DNA from: a virus
Length of the DNA: 64,000 bases
Strand: one strand, 5' to 3'
Virus record (IMG/VR): IMGVR_UViG_3300019487_000002
Positions 1 to 10,838 of the stretch are shown in pieces (the first letter of the stretch is position 1; the number at the start of each line of letters is the position of its first letter). The translations under genes and the position numbers were made by a program. The notes beneath the pieces are model-generated. The model did not search any database. It was not told the origin of the DNA and saw only the letters and a list, made by a program, of their open reading frames with translations.

Positions 1-1969
1 GAGTCGGTTTGGCGTCATCGAGGGTCTTTCTCTAACCGTATTAAACAATACTATTACGGTAAATATTGGGAAAGCTTCGCTTGTCAATGGTGAAATTATC
101 GAAATTGATACTCCTTTGACCAAAGTTGTTGGCGCCTCTTTCGATACGGGTATTACGTCCTTCTTCGGCCTTCGTTTAGCAGAAGTTACTTCCAATCCGA
201 AGCCGCACGAGGTTGATCCTGTTACCTACGATACTCGTGCCGAGCCAAAACCAGTAGGGGAGTTCTTCATCGCCGCAGAGGCTACCGCTGAATCGGCCGA
301 TATCGCACGAACCAATGCTATCAATGCTCAGTTGATAGACGGCAATTTTATTCTTCTCGGAGAAGTAGAAGGAACAGGTACCGGGTTCGTCATTCGTCGG
401 AACACCCAGCTTCCGAAGACGAAAGGTGGTGTTCAACCGCTGGTGGGAGAGGAAGCCAAGTCGGGCGAACAGCTTACTCGTCTTCAGAACATCTACACCA
501 ACGAAAACAACGACGAATTCCCCGTTCACTCTGCAAACGACGATTTCCACCGGAGTTTGATTGGTTCGGGTCAGCCTTCGCCAAATAACCCTCATGGTAT
601 GACTATCGAGGATTTAGGCGGTGATAAGAATTCTTTAGAACATATTGAATTCGAGCATACCAACGGCTTGATAGGCCGTGATCCAACTTCAGGTACGAAT
701 AACTGGTTTGATGCCGGTACGGGTTCTCTGGCTTTTTCTACTGCCGATTCCCCGACAAATGCCGTTACAGTTGGACCCATCGTTTCTCCAGATACGCTCC
801 TTATTCGAGGCAATAGATTTAATTCAGGCTCTATCCCTACTACGACGATTTCTTTCGTGGGGAAAGCGGCCGGTTTATATTACATTGCTGCTAAATTCGG
901 GAGCGACTCTACAGACGTGGCTGTTGATGCGTTTTCCAAGACTACTATTGATGCTCTTTGTCCTTCGCATCAAGGAGTAGTGGAATTCCCCAATAATGCT
1001 TTTGAGTTCTCTGCCGTTTCTGGTCTGAATGAAAAGAAATACTTCATCATCGGCTTGGTGTTCTGGAACGGCTCTAACGCCTTCCGACAGATTGCCGAGG
1101 CAGGTATTATCGCTGTTCCAACTGGTGGTCAGCTTTCATTCACACCATTTGATTCCACAAGTCCATTTTTCGTTCCGGCGGGAAATAAAGCCCTCGATCT
1201 TCGTCGATATGGAGCAACTTCGAACTTCAACGTACAGCGCCGAAGCCTACGCCCTGATCGCATCACCATTCCTTTGCTTCCGCAGTCAACTTTCGTTGCT
1301 CACGCGGGGAATAATTCTCTCGCTTTGACTGGAACAACGGGAGTTCGCGCCGCCGCAGCAGCAGGTGTTCAAGGGCCAAATTTGTTTGGCGGCGACCAGA
1401 CTATTTTGAAGCACTTAACCGACTTCGATGCAAATAACTTGTTTGGTCATCGTGGAAATCGCGGTTCTACCCAGCATGCCGCTGTATTGAATGATGAATC
1501 CTCGGCTGCTCCACCTACTGATAAGCCGCAAAACTATGGTTTCCAGAGTAACCGAGACAAGTGGAAGCAAGACAACTTAACTATGACCATTTTGAAGTGG
1601 TCGGACTTGGCTGACATTGGCGGTAACAAGACTTTAGCAGACGGCGTTACGGCTTCTACTGGTAACGTTGAAAAGGCCGCTCGTTATGCGTTTGGACGTT
1701 CTGGATTTTTGTCAAACTTCTTGGCACGTGTAGCCAACAATCCGACTGCCGGGACTTTGAACATCGATCTTATAATAGGCAATGCTGTAACGCCCCTATT
1801 CACGTTTACATCGGCCGATCCCGCAGAAACTATTAAGTACGCAGCAGGACCAGTGAACTTCTCTGCGACATTCGCAGCCCCCAATACTATCGGAATGCGT
1901 AGAAATGCTTCCGCAAGCTGGGACGGTCGTAACTTGACTGTCACGTGTGAATATCACTACGAGAGCTAA
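1..1969 (+). CDS. virion structural protein, tail-fibre-like; 5' end outside window
   Basis: The frame of track ORF 116..1969 stays open back to nt 2 with no stop, so the CDS enters from the left edge. It is G/T/N/A-rich with no catalytic motif, and its stop overlaps the lysozyme start at 1969. Function is guessed from composition and position only. Confidence 0.5.
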   Translation, partial: SRFGVIEGLSLTVLNNTITVNIGKASLVNGEIIEIDTPLTKVVGASFDTGITSFFGLRLAEVTSNPKPHEVDPVTYDTRAEPKPVGEFFIAAEATAESADIARTNAINAQLIDGNFILLGEVEGTGTGFVIRRNTQLPKTKGGVQPLVGEEAKSGEQLTRLQNIYTNENNDEFPVHSANDDFHRSLIGSGQPSPNNPHGMTIEDLGGDKNSLEHIEFEHTNGLIGRDPTSGTNNWFDAGTGSLAFSTADSPTNAVTVGPIVSPDTLLIRGNRFNSGSIPTTTISFVGKAAGLYYIAAKFGSDSTDVAVDAFSKTTIDALCPSHQGVVEFPNNAFEFSAVSGLNEKKYFIIGLVFWNGSNAFRQIAEAGIIAVPTGGQLSFTPFDSTSPFFVPAGNKALDLRRYGATSNFNVQRRSLRPDRITIPLLPQSTFVAHAGNNSLALTGTTGVRAAAAAGVQGPNLFGGDQTILKHLTDFDANNLFGHRGNRGSTQHAAVLNDESSAAPPTDKPQNYGFQSNRDKWKQDNLTMTILKWSDLADIGGNKTLADGVTASTGNVEKAARYAFGRSGFLSNFLARVANNPTAGTLNIDLIIGNAVTPLFTFTSADPAETIKYAAGPVNFSATFAAPNTIGMRRNASASWDGRNLTVTCEYHYES

Positions 1970-2475
1970 TGAATCCCCTTAAGAAAGCTTTGAAGATGAT
2001 CCAGTCTTTCGAAGGAATTCCTGACGGAAATCCCAAGACGGTAAAGCTGGACCCATATCTTGATCCCGTAGGGATTTGGACAATTGGGTGGGGCCATGCA
2101 ATGCGAGACGCAGAAGGAAATTTCCTTCGTGGCGAGAAAGATCGACAAGCCGCCACGGACATGTACCCCACGGGAATTACAAAACGTGAAGCATTTGTGC
2201 TACTACGAGATGATATCCGGTCGGTTGTCGTTGGTATTCGCAGAGCCGTGACTTCTAAACTAAACGAAAATCAAATGGCTGCTTTGATTTCCTTCACTTT
2301 CAACGTCGGTATTGGGAATCTCAAAAGCTCCACTTTACTGAAGCACGTGAATCAATCTGAATTTGGACTAGCGGCAAAAGAATTTGCCAAGTGGAATAAA
2401 TCAGGTGGTAAAGTATTGAAGGGTTTGGTTCGGCGTAGAAAAGCCGAAGCAGAATTATTTAATCAGAAAATGTAA
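1969..2475 (+). CDS. endolysin, phage lysozyme (GH24-like muramidase)
   Basis: N-terminal SFEG...YLDPVGIWTIGWGH matches the EG..Y.D..G..TIG.GH signature of T4 e / P22 gp19-type lysozymes; 168 aa. Confidence 0.85.
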   Translation: MNPLKKALKMIQSFEGIPDGNPKTVKLDPYLDPVGIWTIGWGHAMRDAEGNFLRGEKDRQAATDMYPTGITKREAFVLLRDDIRSVVVGIRRAVTSKLNENQMAALISFTFNVGIGNLKSSTLLKHVNQSEFGLAAKEFAKWNKSGGKVLKGLVRRRKAEAELFNQKM

Positions 2476-2857
2476 GAGCTTGTACCGGAACGCTAGAGCC
2501 CTTCGAACACTCAGAGATAGTCTTCCCTGTTAACCCCGCAGCACCCTTTTTAAAGAAAATTAACACAGAACTGGCCCTGCTTAATACATAATTGGCGTAA
2601 AGATTGCGAAGAAGGCCCTTGCGCCTGCTCTGTTTGTCTTTTCCAAGCCACGAAGGTCTCGCTGGCTTGAGTTCATCGATAAAGATACCTCTTTTCGCTG
2701 CGATTTCTTTTATAAAATCATTGAATTTAGAGTTAGGAACTAGAATGAGTACCGAGGGGTTCATCCGCTCAATCTCATACTCAATCCTAGCTCTAATTGC
2801 TTGATTGTCTAGTAACAAAGAGCTTCCTACAACTGCCAGTTTTACACCTTTCGCCAT
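2459..2857 (-). CDS. hypothetical protein, possible SLOG/DUF2493-like fold
   Basis: 132-aa ORF. The pattern KLAVVGSS..VLILVPNS..GLTGKTISE resembles Rossmann-like SLOG proteins, but the match is weak. Its 3' end overlaps the lysozyme 3' end convergently. Confidence 0.45.
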   Translation of the reverse strand: MAKGVKLAVVGSSLLLDNQAIRARIEYEIERMNPSVLILVPNSKFNDFIKEIAAKRGIFIDELKPARPSWLGKDKQSRRKGLLRNLYANYVLSRASSVLIFFKKGAAGLTGKTISECSKGSSVPVQALTFSD

Positions 2858-3717
2858 TCCGTCTCCGCAAAAGGCAAACCGTCTGCACCTTTTACGATTT
2901 TGTAATCAGAAAATATTAGCGGGCTCACTTCTTTTAAGCAAATAAGCACTTTCCCAGCAAGAGCGCGGATTTGTAAATCTGCGGCCTTGTTACAGCGCAT
3001 TTCGATAAAATGCCTCCATCCTCGAACATTAGCAGTTACGACGATTGGTGCTTCTACCTCATTTGGAAGGCAAGAACGCGCAGCCTGGTTTACGCGCTTC
3101 CGCTTGTCTGTTGCATTTTCAGCCGACAAAAGGGAGTTAGCATCATCCTGTTGAATGGCGAGAAGATTTTGGGCTCGACTTTTGTATTCATCGTTTGCTT
3201 CTTCAATCCATTTTTCAAACCAATCGTGCAAAAGCATATCGCTGGAATATTCAGGACGTTCCACGAAGCGAAGAACCTTGCCATTCACGTATCGTTGACT
3301 AACCTGTGAAAAACCGAAACCAGCGCGGTGTCGTACAAGTTCATGAGTCACGCTGCGATCTATTCCATAAAAGAGGAATGTAAAATTAGCGTGCTCAAAC
3401 ACAGACCCGTGGCCTGAGCTTTTGATGTGACTAAGGTACTTCTCTGCTTGGTCATTCTTGCTTCTCTTTGGGCCAAAGCTCAGATAGCAGGTTTGTCCTG
3501 CCATTTTGCAGAGAGCGGCTGTGTCATCAATGTGCGTAGGGTCTTTAAGGTAATCGTTGAAGCCCAATTCTTCATCGAAACCATCGAGAAACTCACTCAT
3601 CCCGAAGAGATTAGTTTGCGTCTGTCCAACGAGAACAACGCCGGCTTCTTGCAGGTACGGAACTTTATGAGTAGTGGTGCGATGTACTTTTGCGTGTATG
3701 GATGGAAATTTATGCAT
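2842..3717 (-). CDS. thyX: flavin-dependent thymidylate synthase ThyX
   Basis: ThyX signature LVRHRAGFGFSQVSQRY (RHR...S.RY); 291 aa; ATG at 3717. Confidence 0.85.
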   Translation of the reverse strand: MHKFPSIHAKVHRTTTHKVPYLQEAGVVLVGQTQTNLFGMSEFLDGFDEELGFNDYLKDPTHIDDTAALCKMAGQTCYLSFGPKRSKNDQAEKYLSHIKSSGHGSVFEHANFTFLFYGIDRSVTHELVRHRAGFGFSQVSQRYVNGKVLRFVERPEYSSDMLLHDWFEKWIEEANDEYKSRAQNLLAIQQDDANSLLSAENATDKRKRVNQAARSCLPNEVEAPIVVTANVRGWRHFIEMRCNKAADLQIRALAGKVLICLKEVSPLIFSDYKIVKGADGLPFAETEWRKV

Positions 3718-3913
3718 TGGGTTTCGTGTCTGTTGCCATACGAATTACATAATCCGCAGCACGCTCACTGGTTTTGGTTTCTTCCTTGAAGATTACAATA
3801 GGAACTTCCCCAAATAGGCCCAAACTAATAGGGCCGGCTAAATACTCATTTCCTTGTTTGTCTTTTTTTACCCACAAGTAACCGATGGGGATTTTCGTCT
3901 GGTCGCGTAACAT
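3710..3913 (-). CDS. hypothetical protein
   Basis: 67-aa ORF tightly packed in the operon; its stop overlaps the thyX start. Confidence 0.55.
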   Translation of the reverse strand: MLRDQTKIPIGYLWVKKDKQGNEYLAGPISLGLFGEVPIVIFKEETKTSERAADYVIRMATDTKPNA

Positions 3914-4155
3914 TAGTATTTCTCCTTGTAAGAATCGACAACCTTGCGGAAATTGGAAAGCTTCCTAGAGGCTTCTTCTCTATACTCGTCTATTTTTACT
4001 CTTAGCTCCCCGACAGTTAATGAATCACTATCAGGACGATCTTTAATGAGATCATAAATCTTCGAAAAGATAATTGCGCCTTCATTCATCGCAATGTACT
4101 CATCGAACACTTCACCGATTACGCTTTTTGCGTCTGTGTTATCTACCTTTGGCAT
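3913..4155 (-). CDS. hypothetical protein
   Basis: 80-aa ORF with stop/start abutting its neighbours. Confidence 0.55.
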   Translation of the reverse strand: MPKVDNTDAKSVIGEVFDEYIAMNEGAIIFSKIYDLIKDRPDSDSLTVGELRVKIDEYREEASRKLSNFRKVVDSYKEKY

Positions 4156-4579
4156 ACAATCTATCCACGTCCTTCGGAGTTACATTAGAAGCCGCAATGT
4201 AGTATTGACCTTGGTTAGCTAGAGTTAAGAGATTTTCTGGCGCCAATATAAAGGTCTGCGTCACTCCGGGAATACTATTTATTTCCTCGCTCACCGCCGG
4301 CCAATGTTCTTCAATAAAAGCCGCAATGAGATATACTTCGAAAGCTCCTCCAATACCGTTATTGACCAACAAAACCAGCTTCTTGAGTGCGGGGTGTCCT
4401 TTTGGGAACATCATATTCATCAGTTGAATGAGTCCTCGGACAGCGACTTTATCACTATAAGGGAGTTCCCACACAACGCAGCGCGCCCCACCGAAGAATC
4501 GCCTATTCATGATCTTTTGGATTCGCCTGAATACAGCAGCGCACCCACGAGAAATTTTGAGGAGAGTAAAGTCAATCAC
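4139..4579 (-). CDS. hypothetical protein
   Basis: 146-aa ORF. GTG 4579 overlaps the primase stop (GTGATTGA); an internal ATG at 4510 is an alternative start. Confidence 0.5.
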   Translation of the reverse strand: MIDFTLLKISRGCAAVFRRIQKIMNRRFFGGARCVVWELPYSDKVAVRGLIQLMNMMFPKGHPALKKLVLLVNNGIGGAFEVYLIAAFIEEHWPAVSEEINSIPGVTQTFILAPENLLTLANQGQYYIAASNVTPKDVDRLYAKGR

Positions 4580-6926
4580 TGGGGAGCCATTTGGTGTTTG
4601 TTTCGTATGTATCCTTAAAACCTTGTTTTTCTCTTATGTAACCAAATGATACCAGAAGGGACAGCGCATTGTCAAGTCTTTGGCCGTGTGAATATGTCCA
4701 CCGGGCAGCATCGACTTGAGTAATTTCTTTTAATCGCTTTTGATGAATCATGGCCTTAATTTTTCGAGCGTCGTCATAATATGACGCTTCTTCCATGAGA
4801 CGGAATGCAGCGATGGCGTGAGCGGCATAGTATTGCCCGAGTTTACATGCTTTCTTTACAGTCTCCGGGTTGATTTCGAAATCATATGGGCTTGCTTCCA
4901 TGGCATTCTCAGCAAGACTCAAAAGCCCCGCTATACGAGCTACTTGACCGTGGAGTTTAGCAGCCCATTCTTTCACATAGTCGTTCTTTGAAAGTTCACC
5001 TTCTCGAATTTCTTTTAATTGCCATGCACGAAATTCACGAATTTCATGACGACCTTCCGGAGAGACGTTCAGGTAGTGTGCTGCTCTCATGTCATTTGTT
5101 TCATAATCTTCCCGGTAATTCATCTTAAGGAGAGCAAGGACGTTATCATAATAGACTTTCGCTACTTTGGTGGGTACTGCCGGTGCATCCAAGTCTACTT
5201 CCCCAAACTCCGGACGTACAGAAAAGAGAAATCGTGCAAAGAGGCCACGTCCGCTGCCGGCGTGGTTCAATAAGCCGCGCAATGCTTTTTTCTGGGCACA
5301 AATTCCTAGTGTTAGAGAAGCACGATATACCAGTTCTGAACGGCCAGACATACGGTTGACTTTCAACGTCTCACCGGAATATCCCTTGAGATACACGTCC
5401 ATATTAGGATCGCCATTTTTCTGGTAACGGCCCATCTGACTGAACATGCCCGGTTCGGAACTTAGTAGGGCAATGCGGCCTCCTTGTTCGTACATCATGG
5501 TTGATAACTTCTCGGGGGTAATATCGTCTACCATCAAATCAGGAGATTTTGCTTCTAACTGAAGCTTCTCAATGATGATGGCGAGTTCAGCCGCTTTGTT
5601 CAACTTCTCAAAGTCTTTGGAATCGGCTTCTTTAATCAGAGATTTGTATTCCTTTTCCAAGAGAAGAATTTGCGCTTCTGCTTTTTTTACGATAGGCGCT
5701 CTCAAGCTCTTTAGCTCTTTTTCGTACTGCTCAATGGGATAGATCATTGCCCCAAAGATCGGTGATTTCATAGTACCAGACTCCGAACAAACAAGGGTGT
5801 GCAAGCTCAAGGTCTTTTCCATCCAATCTCCTTGGACGGGTACTATAACCTTGCGAGCGCACGCCGTCGCCAAAACCGATAGCGCGACCGTTCCCGCCAT
5901 ATCGACAGGTGTTTGAGTCGTTTCTGCCACTGCTTCGACATAATTTCTTAGCCAAGCGGGGTATACCGCGACAGGGAAAGTGGGAAGATTTGGGTTATCA
6001 AAATCTACCGGTTCCTGCCATTCAGGACTTTGCAGGTAAGTCTTGTATGGTGAATTTAGGGTATAAGAAGTGCCTTCTGGGAATTTCTTGTACGCCCTTT
6101 GGACTTTGGCTATTGCAGTCTTCCGATCAAACGGAGGATCACAATTCGCCGCCGCCTCAGTAATAAGATTTACGGCAGCTTCGTAAGAGTAACCTTTTCC
6201 GCGAAAAGAACAAGCAGTCTTAAAGAGTTGTTCGTCTCGTTCACCTTCAGGAAAGCCATTAATGAAACGGAGCAAATCAGAAGCCGAGTAAGAACCTGTA
6301 TTTTCGAGAGAAGCCGCCGAGATCATACTCAGAAGCCACAGTGGCGCGGGTTGAATATCTACTATCCATGGGGCAAGTTTTTCCGCCCACATATATTGAC
6401 CGTTTGAATTCACAGAGGGGGTAAGAACAGCTTGACCGCCTTCCCCACGAACATCTATCCCCACTCCTGTTTCAAGTCGTGCTTTTGTGGGGATAACCAT
6501 ATCAGTGGGGAACGAAAAGACAATGTGGAGACCGTCGCTGCCTGTATGAGCGGTCGGGGTATTATATTTCCAGTTGTGTTTGGCAGTAAGTTCATCCCAA
6601 CGAGAAATCCCGCCTTCTTTCTGGTCAATATCTAAAATAAACATACCAGAACCTTTGCCGGTCACAACCCCAACATTCGCGCGGGGCCAACGAATCTCAA
6701 ACCACTCTCTAATTTGAGAGTCTTCAGTAGTCGCTTGTGTGACCCAATCGTCTAATCGAGGGTGTTTACCGCCGCTTTTGCAATCGGCTTTAAGATGGCA
6801 GGTACATTTGCCGTTTATGAATGTGTGGTTGGGAATGATTCTCCAACCAAGATGGGCATAGTACAGTGCGAATTCGAGAGGGGTCTTTGGAAGAGTAACT
6901 TCGATTTCAGTCTCAATCATACTCAC
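4572..6926 (-). CDS. bifunctional primase-polymerase with DUF3987-type helicase-like C-terminal domain
   Basis: N-terminal YYAHLGWRIIP..GKHP..ANVGVVTG..FILDID is the prim-pol signature; the large C-terminal domain is typical of phage and plasmid primase-helicases. Start is GTG 6926 or ATG 6920. Confidence 0.85.
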   Translation of the reverse strand: MSMIETEIEVTLPKTPLEFALYYAHLGWRIIPNHTFINGKCTCHLKADCKSGGKHPRLDDWVTQATTEDSQIREWFEIRWPRANVGVVTGKGSGMFILDIDQKEGGISRWDELTAKHNWKYNTPTAHTGSDGLHIVFSFPTDMVIPTKARLETGVGIDVRGEGGQAVLTPSVNSNGQYMWAEKLAPWIVDIQPAPLWLLSMISAASLENTGSYSASDLLRFINGFPEGERDEQLFKTACSFRGKGYSYEAAVNLITEAAANCDPPFDRKTAIAKVQRAYKKFPEGTSYTLNSPYKTYLQSPEWQEPVDFDNPNLPTFPVAVYPAWLRNYVEAVAETTQTPVDMAGTVALSVLATACARKVIVPVQGDWMEKTLSLHTLVCSESGTMKSPIFGAMIYPIEQYEKELKSLRAPIVKKAEAQILLLEKEYKSLIKEADSKDFEKLNKAAELAIIIEKLQLEAKSPDLMVDDITPEKLSTMMYEQGGRIALLSSEPGMFSQMGRYQKNGDPNMDVYLKGYSGETLKVNRMSGRSELVYRASLTLGICAQKKALRGLLNHAGSGRGLFARFLFSVRPEFGEVDLDAPAVPTKVAKVYYDNVLALLKMNYREDYETNDMRAAHYLNVSPEGRHEIREFRAWQLKEIREGELSKNDYVKEWAAKLHGQVARIAGLLSLAENAMEASPYDFEINPETVKKACKLGQYYAAHAIAAFRLMEEASYYDDARKIKAMIHQKRLKEITQVDAARWTYSHGQRLDNALSLLVSFGYIREKQGFKDTYETNTKWLPSD

Positions 6927-6929
6927 GCA

Positions 6930-8639
6930 TTATATCTCACACGCTCCATTCTTACAAGACAAACTTAGTGCTTCTTCCATGTCGAGCGGTTCAATTGGGC
7001 TTTCTCCTCTACTACCATCGCGGTATAGCGTAACGCCCTTCAAACCACCGACATACTTTCTCAGAATTGGGTCGAGATCGTCTCCCGTATAATTTCTTGG
7101 TAAATTAATCGTCTTTGAGATCGCATTGTCCACGTGTTTCTGACACAGTGCTTGAATTTCCAGATGATCCTTAACCGAAATATCCAAGGCTGATTCGTAA
7201 AGCTTTGCTCTTTTATCTTTTGCATTTCGAAGTAACGCGAACATTGGATGCTCTACAATCTCTTCAACTCTTTTGTCACCAGAATTGAACCGGCGACGAT
7301 ATGCAGCAGTGTACATTGGTTCGATTCCGCTCGTCACACCAGAAACAATACTCGTAGTTCCAGTAGGAGCAATCGTCAAAATCGCGCAGTTACGAATTCC
7401 GTTCTTAAGAATCCTCTCCCGCATACCAATGCTTAAGCTACTCTTACAAAATCCAGATTCAACGAACTTATGTCGATTCAGGGCAGGGAATTGTCCTTTT
7501 TCAATCGCAAGATCGATGCTGGCTTCATATGCCTTCTTTTTTATGAAACGAAAAACTTCTTCAATGCATTCTTTTCCGGCGTCGCTTGTATACTTCTTCC
7601 CCAATAGAATAAGCATATCGTGAAGGCCCATAACACCAAGCCCAATACGACGAACCTGTTTGCAATTTTCTTCAATGGCTTGAAGTGGATAATTATTCAC
7701 GTCGAGAACGTTATCCAAAAATCTTACAGCAGTGGCAATAGAACGGGCGAGTTCTCTCTTGTCCAATTCCCCATTAACAACGAAACGAGGAAGGACAAGC
7801 GCACCCAAATCACAGCAGCCATAGCTCTCAAGCCAAATCTCACCACAGGGGTTCGTGGAGATAAGGGGCTTGTGATAATAAATGTTGTTCATCTCATTGG
7901 CGAGAAATCCATTCAGAATTCCTGGTTCACCACATTGAACAGCATTGGTGAGAATCTTATTCCAAATTTCTCGCGCCGGGATTTCTCCTACTACTTGCTC
8001 GTTCCACAGCAAAGCGTGTTTCTCGTCGCGTTCTACTTTACGCAAAAAAGCATCAATAGATTCGTTCTGAAAAACAGTGCTCACGTTCGCATTGTTCAAC
8101 TGCCCGAGATCAAGTTTCTTATCGAGAAATTCTTTGAGATCAGGATGGTCATGGTTCAGACACAGCATCAATGCCGTTCGCCGTCCACCACCAGCACGAA
8201 TAACCTGTCCAGCGGCGTTGATAATCTCCATGAGAGAGACGGCTCCGGTAGCACGTCCCGAATGACCACGAATTTCGGCACCACGATGGCGAATAGGAGA
8301 AAAATTAATCCCCAGCCCGCCTCCGGTACCAGAAATAATAATAGATTCTTTGACTGTCTGTCCCCACCCTTCACGGGAGTCGTCGGTGGGGGTAACGAAG
8401 CAATTGAGCAATTGCCCCTTTGGTCTCCCAGAGCCGTACCAAATACGACCACCGGGCATAAATCGATTGTTGACTAGTTCATTGTAGAAAAATTCTTCAA
8501 ATTCTTTGACTTTACCATTTACTTCTGCGGAAGCCACAATTCGAGCAAGTCTTCGGCAAGCCTCTTCCCAAGTCTCCTCGTGGTTAATTGCATATCGTTC
8601 ATTAAAAATTCTTTCCGAAAACTCACTCCGTTCGCCCAT
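6930..8639 (-). CDS. nrdJ: ribonucleotide reductase, single-chain class II-like
   Basis: Active-site loop TNPCGEIWLESYGCC; 569 aa in a single chain with no adjacent small subunit; C-terminal CKNGAC pair. Confidence 0.8.
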   Translation of the reverse strand: MGERSEFSERIFNERYAINHEETWEEACRRLARIVASAEVNGKVKEFEEFFYNELVNNRFMPGGRIWYGSGRPKGQLLNCFVTPTDDSREGWGQTVKESIIISGTGGGLGINFSPIRHRGAEIRGHSGRATGAVSLMEIINAAGQVIRAGGGRRTALMLCLNHDHPDLKEFLDKKLDLGQLNNANVSTVFQNESIDAFLRKVERDEKHALLWNEQVVGEIPAREIWNKILTNAVQCGEPGILNGFLANEMNNIYYHKPLISTNPCGEIWLESYGCCDLGALVLPRFVVNGELDKRELARSIATAVRFLDNVLDVNNYPLQAIEENCKQVRRIGLGVMGLHDMLILLGKKYTSDAGKECIEEVFRFIKKKAYEASIDLAIEKGQFPALNRHKFVESGFCKSSLSIGMRERILKNGIRNCAILTIAPTGTTSIVSGVTSGIEPMYTAAYRRRFNSGDKRVEEIVEHPMFALLRNAKDKRAKLYESALDISVKDHLEIQALCQKHVDNAISKTINLPRNYTGDDLDPILRKYVGGLKGVTLYRDGSRGESPIEPLDMEEALSLSCKNGACEI

Positions 8640-8658
8640 CGTCTCCTTTCCTCACACA

Positions 8659-10413
8659 TTATTTTAAGTAATTCAATAGTTCCTCTTTTCCAAGTGCGAT
8701 CAGCTTCGCATCTTCCAGAGTAAGTGCATCAAACACGTCCTGGCGTCTCTTAAGTACCGCGTTTACTAATTGATCTACGCTACTCTCTGCCTCAATAGTG
8801 ATGATGAGTGCAGGATCGATATTTGCTCGCCGATCAATGCGATCTAGAGATTGCCGATATAAAGGCAAATACCACGGCTTCTCTAGATATACCGCTGTTC
8901 GGCATACCTTGAGCCAATCAACGCTTGTTCCAGCTTTTTCTGGGATGGCGACGACTATTCGAGCCTTTTTAGACAGGACGGCATCTCTGACTTCTGCATC
9001 ATCGCTGCCGCCGTAGTAGGCAATCGCACCATACATACTATATCTCTTCACGAGCAAATTTACAGCGTCTCTCCACTGAGTCCACACTAAAAGTTGAGAA
9101 TCGGGGTTGCTCAAAATTTCTTCACACACTTCATCCAGTTCTTCGTACTTTGCAGAATCCCCTGTGAACTTTGTGAAGCCTATCAAGCTAGGATGATTGA
9201 GAATTTGGCGCAGTCTCAAAACGCGGGTACTGGCTCCTAATACAGAAATTTGGTCTCCATCTTCAGTTTTAATTTCATTTCTTATGAGCCGCTTGACTTC
9301 ATTGTAAATTTTTTCTTGTTGACCACCAAGAGACACGATTCTGGTTTGGAAAATCTTCGAGGGCCGATTTAAAACCTCTGATTTGAGGAATCGAATGGAC
9401 GTATGTTCCATCCAGTCTTTTAAATGCTGGAGATTACGAAATCCAACCTCGACCATGACTCTTTTTCGACCAAAGAATCGCAATTGTCGCTCCACGAAAT
9501 GATTGTAAAATAGCTGATATGGAGGGAAATAGGTATTAGGACGATATTCAACTAATTTCAGTGTCGCCCAGGCACTCTTTGGGTTCCCGTCTATTGCTGT
9601 ACCCGTGGCAGCGACGAGCTTGATGGCGCCCCAGCTTTGAATAAGCTCCATGATGCGCTTATGACGCTTCGCTGACGGATTTTTGAGAGTGTGGACTTCA
9701 TCAAGAGCGACGAAACCAAACTTCATCTCCTTGAAGGTATCGAAGACGCGGACCTTGCTGCGAGCATCTGCAAAGATGGCATCATAATGGAGAATTAGGA
9801 GATCGTAATTGCCTTTTTTGAATTTCTCCAAATCCGCCAGTACATCTTGTGTCCCATTTCCGACACAAAGGGCTTTGAGATTGGTGTGGCGCTCAACTTC
9901 CGCTGTCCAATCCAATTTACCTGAATTTAGGCAAAGGATAAGACCTTTATTAACCTTCCCTACCGATTTCCAGTAGAGGTATGTGTAGAGAAGAATGAGC
10001 GTCTTCCCGATGCCTGTTTCGCCGGCTTCGAGTGAGCGACCGCGTTCAATGTGAAAATTAATGCACTGGAGTTGATCTGGAAAAGGTTTGGTTTTCCAGC
10101 CTTTGATTTTATCGAGCAGTGCTTCGTTCGGCGGCTCTTTTTTTGTTTCTAAATAATGCCGCCGGCGGTTTTCATATTCTTCGATCTGTTGGAGAGCTTC
10201 TTCGGTTGCTTCTCCGGGATCAGGAGCGTGCAACGAATCTAGACGAGACTTGAGAATGTGGAAATCATTTACGGCGATTAACCACAAACCTGTTTTGTCG
10301 TTATATTGAGCGGAGAGGAGGGACTGAACAGCCGCGACAGCTTGTTTTGATGCGACGGTGAGTTTTACGCTTAAGCGTCCTTTCTTTCCTGAGGCAACAT
10401 CTATTTCAATCAT
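8659..10413 (-). CDS. SNF2/RAD54-family helicase
   Basis: GETGIGKT (motif I), LDEVHTLKN (DExH box), ATGTAIDGNP (motif III) and a C-terminal helicase lobe. Confidence 0.8.
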   Translation of the reverse strand: MIEIDVASGKKGRLSVKLTVASKQAVAAVQSLLSAQYNDKTGLWLIAVNDFHILKSRLDSLHAPDPGEATEEALQQIEEYENRRRHYLETKKEPPNEALLDKIKGWKTKPFPDQLQCINFHIERGRSLEAGETGIGKTLILLYTYLYWKSVGKVNKGLILCLNSGKLDWTAEVERHTNLKALCVGNGTQDVLADLEKFKKGNYDLLILHYDAIFADARSKVRVFDTFKEMKFGFVALDEVHTLKNPSAKRHKRIMELIQSWGAIKLVAATGTAIDGNPKSAWATLKLVEYRPNTYFPPYQLFYNHFVERQLRFFGRKRVMVEVGFRNLQHLKDWMEHTSIRFLKSEVLNRPSKIFQTRIVSLGGQQEKIYNEVKRLIRNEIKTEDGDQISVLGASTRVLRLRQILNHPSLIGFTKFTGDSAKYEELDEVCEEILSNPDSQLLVWTQWRDAVNLLVKRYSMYGAIAYYGGSDDAEVRDAVLSKKARIVVAIPEKAGTSVDWLKVCRTAVYLEKPWYLPLYRQSLDRIDRRANIDPALIITIEAESSVDQLVNAVLKRRQDVFDALTLEDAKLIALGKEELLNYLK

Positions 10414-10838
10414 TCCAGGTATTCAATTTCAACATTTTCGTATTCGTGATCTTGACGGCGCTTTAGTACCTCAAAAGCCAGCTTTCCATCTCTGGTCTTT
10501 ACTGCCTTTTTAGCATCGTTGTAATCAGCTTTGAATTTCTCCCAATCAAGAATCTCCCGATTACGCTCTTTCCTCTTTCGGAGAGCGTCCAAACGGTACG
10601 ATTCAGGAAGGTTGGCGATTTGCTCGTCGGAGAGAGCTTCGACATGCACCCATTCTTCCATGGGGCCTGGGTCTTGAATGTATCCATACTCAGGATCAAT
10701 GCGCTCTTTGATAAGTTTCAGGGCAGAAGCGTACAATGCCTTGTCTGTACGAGCATCGAAAAAACGGGTAGCATGTTTTTCGTGAGCGACGAGAATGCGC
10801 TTATTCTTTGGCGACTCTTTCTCATATCTAATTCGCAT
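10410..10838 (-). CDS. hypothetical protein
   Basis: 142-aa ORF; its stop overlaps the SNF2 start (ATGA junction). Confidence 0.6.
   Translation of the reverse strand: MRIRYEKESPKNKRILVAHEKHATRFFDARTDKALYASALKLIKERIDPEYGYIQDPGPMEEWVHVEALSDEQIANLPESYRLDALRKRKERNREILDWEKFKADYNDAKKAVKTRDGKLAFEVLKRRQDHEYENVEIEYLE

Noticed and set aside
7620-8477. 285-aa plus-strand ORF, with similar shadows at 24552-25313, 56227-56826, 60382-61023, 43906-44418 and 47328-47837
   Set aside because: All lie antisense to genes with strong motif support or operon context (nrdJ, the RNA ligase, the phosphoesterase, the glycosyltransferase and others). None has motifs or translation signals.
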